Source: an uncultured Chloroflexia bacterium
Lineage (GTDB): Bacteria; Chloroflexota; Anaerolineae; JAAYZQ01
DNA: 64,000 nucleotides
Assembly: GCA_963700285.1 (NCBI GenBank)
Contig: CAVOXA010000001.1
Coordinates: forward strand, 1,696,001-1,760,000
Direction of reading: 5' to 3'
Part shown: positions 60,689 to 64,000 of the stretch, piece by piece
Numbering within the stretch: position 1 is the stretch's first letter
Layout of the letters: each line of letters opens with the position of its first letter
Notes under the pieces: generated by a model
Told to the model about the DNA's origin: nothing
Databases searched by the model: none
What the model saw: only the letters and a program-made list of their open reading frames with translations
Position numbers and translations under genes: made by a program

Positions 60689-61452
60689 AGGGATGGCTCC
60701 AGGCCCTGTGCGCTGCGCCATACCTGCAAGGCAAATAGAACACCTGCGGTACCCAGGAGCGCCAGATCCAGACCAAAAAACAGCGCCAGCCCCTGAGAGG
60801 TTGCATAGTCTCCCCGTAGCAAGCCGATAGCCGCGCGGCTGGCGCTGTAGATCGAGACATAGGTCAGTACCAGAAAACCAGGATAAGGCTTGTTCTTTCG
60901 CACTTTCCACAAGAAGGCAAACAAAGTCAACCCGACGGTGCTGTAGAGGAGCTGGGTGGGGTAGCGCACGGCCCAGCTACCATCTATGTCGGGCAGGAAC
61001 GCCCCGAGCATGCCGCTGGTCTCCCGGCCGTAGCAACAGCCATTCAAAAAGCAGCCCCAGCGCATGATCCCCTCCGCCATGGCCGCTGCTGGCACGAGCA
61101 GGTCGAAAAAGTGCCAGGTGTTCAGACCCGCACGCCGGCCGTAGGCGTAGGTCCACAACAACAGGGCTACGATCGCGCCGCAGGCGGCTTCGCCCTCCCC
61201 TTGCCAGAAGGGCAGGACCCGTCCCAGATCGCCACCCTTCTCCTGCCAATGCAAAAGCACGTAACTCAGGCGTCCCCCAAGCAGGGCGCTCACAATGGCC
61301 CCAGCGCAGAAGCCATACACGGCTCCTGGCCGCAGTCCAGCCTCTCTCCAGCCCCGGCGCAAGAGTAGATAGCCAGCGATCATCCCCAGCAATAGGAAGA
61401 TGCTGTAGGAGCGGATGGCGTATGGACCGACGTGAAACAAAACGGGATGCAT
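60685..61452 (-). CDS. lgt: Prolipoprotein diacylglyceryl transferase family paralog
   Basis: MHPVLF...IRSY, GGRL, FFDLL, RWGCFLNGCCYG, YPTQL. Confidence 0.87.
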   Translation of the reverse strand: MHPVLFHVGPYAIRSYSIFLLLGMIAGYLLLRRGWREAGLRPGAVYGFCAGAIVSALLGGRLSYVLLHWQEKGGDLGRVLPFWQGEGEAACGAIVALLLWTYAYGRRAGLNTWHFFDLLVPAAAMAEGIMRWGCFLNGCCYGRETSGMLGAFLPDIDGSWAVRYPTQLLYSTVGLTLFAFLWKVRKNKPYPGFLVLTYVSIYSASRAAIGLLRGDYATSQGLALFFGLDLALLGTAGVLFALQVWRSAQGLEPSL

Positions 61453-61959
61453 CGCTGCTATTCCAGCTTGAACTCCTGACCTTGATGAAAAAGGCTGTGT
61501 TGGGATCGGCTGGCGGCCCACGCTGCGCTGCGCTGGATGCGTAGCCTGACGGCTTCGCCTCCCTTCTCCGGAATCCATTGGATTTTGAGCGAGGTATCGC
61601 CGATCCTCACGCGACTCCTGGAGCTCAAGCGGCGCGGAGAGCGATCTGGCCTCGCTCACATAGGCGCCGATCTCACTGCCAAGGTCCCCAACCGCAACCG
61701 AGTTGCCTTCGGGCCAGATCGCGGCAGCCTACCGCGATGCCAGCGTGTCCTGGATGCCAACACCAGTATTGGCCGACTGTCCCCCAATTGCCGGATGTCT
61801 CAGCTCAACCCAACGCCCCTCGGAGACCGCCAACTCCCGCGTGATTGCCGTTGCCTCTCTTTCCCCCCAGTGCTAGGCGCTGACCCCAACCTCCGCCTCC
61901 CTAGCGCGAGTGAGACAATGGGTCTCAAGACCATGTGCGCCAAAGCAGTCGGCCCTTTC

Positions 61960-63054
61960 TCAGCCAGGATGCTGCCGCACCCGCTTTCGATTCAGCAATG
62001 ACAGCGTCAATCGCCCGATCCCGCCCACGATCAGTAGTACAAGCCCAGAGATTGTGAGCCAAACTCCAGGCAGAATGGCCATCTCTATGTCGGTGAGATA
62101 GTCAACGCCTTTCATGATCTGATCCACTTGAATGTCAAAAAGAAGGTTCAGGGCTCTTGCGTGGTTGTAGAGTTGGAGAAACGTTCGCAGGTCAAGGGCA
62201 ACCGCCACGATGGCAAAAAGACCGGCGAGTAGGTATACGATCCCCGGCACCACCCACGTACGGTGGAAGAACATGTCTACGATCAGAAAGACCAGGCTGA
62301 TCGCGGCGATGGCAAGCGTCAGTGTCCCATAGGAGTCTATTCCCATGATCTCGCGCGTGAAAAGGCGGCTAGGATCGGTCCCAAACAGGCTGGAGAGTAT
62401 GCCTACTCCTGCCTGAATAAGTGGGTCTAGCTCCTTGGACACAGTTCCAGTGATCCTCACCCAGGGTAGAAAGGCTCCGCTCGCAAGGAACACCACTGCT
62501 GCTGCCACGAGCCCCTGTACGAACCAGAAGGCCACTGCTCGGCCCTCCCAGGCACCCTTGCTGGCGGGAGACTTGGCGGCCGGCGGCCGGGATGCGGGCC
62601 GAGAGGCGCCTCCGGGCTGTCTGGCGTGTACGGCCGGCGGCGCCGGTACCAGATGCTGCATCTCTGCTGTTTTCTCTCGCTGGCTGCTGGGTTGTGCGGT
62701 CCGGTTGGCGGGCTGGCCCGCTGCTACCGGGGAAGGGGGACGCGCGCCAGACTCACGCAAGACCATCGTTGTCTCGCCGATGGTGATCCGATCCCCCAGG
62801 CGCAGAGCGTATGGGTGGTGGACCTCCAGTCCATTCACGTAAGTGCGATTGGTGCTGCCGCGATCCACCACGAACCACGTCTGTCTCTGGTCATCCCAGC
62901 GGATGTCGGCATGGCGGCGCGATGCCCGTACGTCATTCAGGACAATGTGACAGTCCGAGGAGCGGCCCACGCAGAGTCGCGTTTGTCTCGTTGGGTCCAG
63001 GGGATACGAACGACCTGCCGTTGGGCCTTCCTGAAGGATTAGCGTAGCTTTCAT
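61960..63054 (-). CDS. FHA domain + multi-TM protein
   Basis: VGRSSDC...ASRRHA...DRGSTNRT; Pro-rich linker; about 4 TM helices (GAFLPW). Confidence 0.88.
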   Translation of the reverse strand: MKATLILQEGPTAGRSYPLDPTRQTRLCVGRSSDCHIVLNDVRASRRHADIRWDDQRQTWFVVDRGSTNRTYVNGLEVHHPYALRLGDRITIGETTMVLRESGARPPSPVAAGQPANRTAQPSSQREKTAEMQHLVPAPPAVHARQPGGASRPASRPPAAKSPASKGAWEGRAVAFWFVQGLVAAAVVFLASGAFLPWVRITGTVSKELDPLIQAGVGILSSLFGTDPSRLFTREIMGIDSYGTLTLAIAAISLVFLIVDMFFHRTWVVPGIVYLLAGLFAIVAVALDLRTFLQLYNHARALNLLFDIQVDQIMKGVDYLTDIEMAILPGVWLTISGLVLLIVGGIGRLTLSLLNRKRVRQHPG

Positions 63055-63146
63055 TGTCAGTTCCTATCACGTAGCGGCCGGCTGAGTGGGTGTGCAAGAA
63101 AACCCAGGGCGCTGGCCGATCGTGCACCAGCACCCCACACTGCTCG

Positions 63147-63617
63147 CTACGGTGAGATTACGACCAAGGTAGCTAGCACACCTAGCACCAGTAGCAGCAC
63201 GGCCGTCACGCCAATCATGGCGAATATCAAAGGGTGAAGAGCGCCATCCGCCGGCCCCGCGGCTGCGTCTGAATAGCCAGGCTCGTCGATGGGCGCCATG
63301 CCTGCTTCGTCGTACAGCGCGTAGAAGGCAAGTACCGTACTGGCCAGTCGAACGCGGTCGCCGGAAGAGAGCAGGTGGGGCACGTGCGGCTGAATCGCCT
63401 GCTCGTTGACAAAGGTACCGTTCCGGCTGTTCAGATCTTTGATGATCCAGTCACCGTTCTCGTAGCTGACCCTCGCGTGTTGGCGCGAAGCTAGCTCGTC
63501 AGCCAGTACAATGTCGCACTGCAAAGAGCGCCCCAGCGTGGCCTGACCGTCGGCCACCAGGTGTTCCTGACCAACATCTGGGCCATCCATTACCACGAAC
63601 CTGGCAACTGGAGACAT
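63147..63617 (-). CDS. FHA domain + C-terminal TM protein
   Basis: LGRSLQCD...ASRQHA...DLNSRNGT; GGAGGAGG RBS. Confidence 0.9.
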   Translation of the reverse strand: MSPVARFVVMDGPDVGQEHLVADGQATLGRSLQCDIVLADELASRQHARVSYENGDWIIKDLNSRNGTFVNEQAIQPHVPHLLSSGDRVRLASTVLAFYALYDEAGMAPIDEPGYSDAAAGPADGALHPLIFAMIGVTAVLLLVLGVLATLVVISP

Positions 63618-63714
63618 GAAACCTCCTCCAAGGCCACAGCGTTTTGAATCTGCTCAGCCCTGCCGTTCTGCGGCCGTCGGGTGCGACACTCGGCGATGTC
63701 TTGGTTCGGCTGCC

Positions 63715-64000
63715 CTACTCGACCCAATCCATCCGGGTCCAGGTCCACTCTGGTCCGGTCTCGCCGTCGAACATCTCAAAAGCCCCGCCGCCGATGCCTG
63801 ACGTCACCCAGACCGCCCCCTGCCCGCCCCGGTCAGAACGAAAGGCGATCCGCAGGCCACTGGGTGACCATACCGGCATGGTATCGGTGGCTGCGTTAAG
63901 TGTGATACGCCGCAACCAGGACCCGTCCGAGTTGATAACATAGATCTCCCAGTTCCCATCCCGGTCGGACATGAAGGCGATCTGCCCGCCGTTGGGCGAC
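63715..64000 (-). CDS. TolB/PD40 propeller protein, C-terminal part (5' end outside the window)
   Basis: SPNGGQIAFMSDRDGNWEIY...PVWSPSG...IAFRSDR. Confidence 0.85.
   Translation of the reverse strand, partial: SPNGGQIAFMSDRDGNWEIYVINSDGSWLRRITLNAATDTMPVWSPSGLRIAFRSDRGGQGAVWVTSGIGGGAFEMFDGETGPEWTWTRMDWVE

Noticed and set aside
61453-61959. 500-bp gap upstream of lgt as a hidden gene or RNA
   Set aside because: No convincing ORF, promoter or stable conserved fold could be supported by eye.
1-64000. CRISPR array, tRNA, rRNA, transposase or integrase
   Set aside because: No regularly spaced repeat-spacer units or recognisable motifs seen.

Overview
A high-GC bacterial window, most likely Chloroflexota/Anaerolineae (inferred from gene content and the recurrent LPxxxR motif in secreted proteins). 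It has three blocks. (1) 1-10.1 kb, minus strand: a GntR-led purine/ureide-catabolism-type operon (xanthine-dehydrogenase-family subunits, carbamate kinase, two divergent carbamoyltransferases, two fold-type II PLP enzymes). (2) 11.3-20.2 kb, plus strand: GDPD, a long structured leader ending in a terminator, an AfuABC/FbpABC-type ABC importer, a HAD phosphatase, a PfkB kinase and an MFS. (3) 20.2-64 kb, minus strand: a >=44-kb Ser/Thr signalling island with 7 Hanks-type kinases, 3 PP2C phosphatases, 8 FHA proteins (one a triple-FHA ABC exporter), PD40 propeller proteins, an Lgt paralog and a diversity-generating retroelement (DGR). The DGR has two tandem FGE/CLec target genes, and its RT is fused at an ATCGGGTTTCG junction to what looks like the 3' end of its template repeat. 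The best candidate for an undescribed system is a repeated gene pair. All four membrane signalling proteins that end in a shared ~110-aa FN3-like extracellular domain (2 kinases, 1 PP2C, 1 FHA protein) are immediately followed by a secreted protein carrying an internal (F/H)(L/V)PxxxR motif, and one of these partners is the DGR target pair. This suggests two-part receptors with swappable, partly hypermutated sensor subunits. Many genes carry small frameshifts that are probably long-read consensus errors. All family calls come from motif recognition, not database searches.
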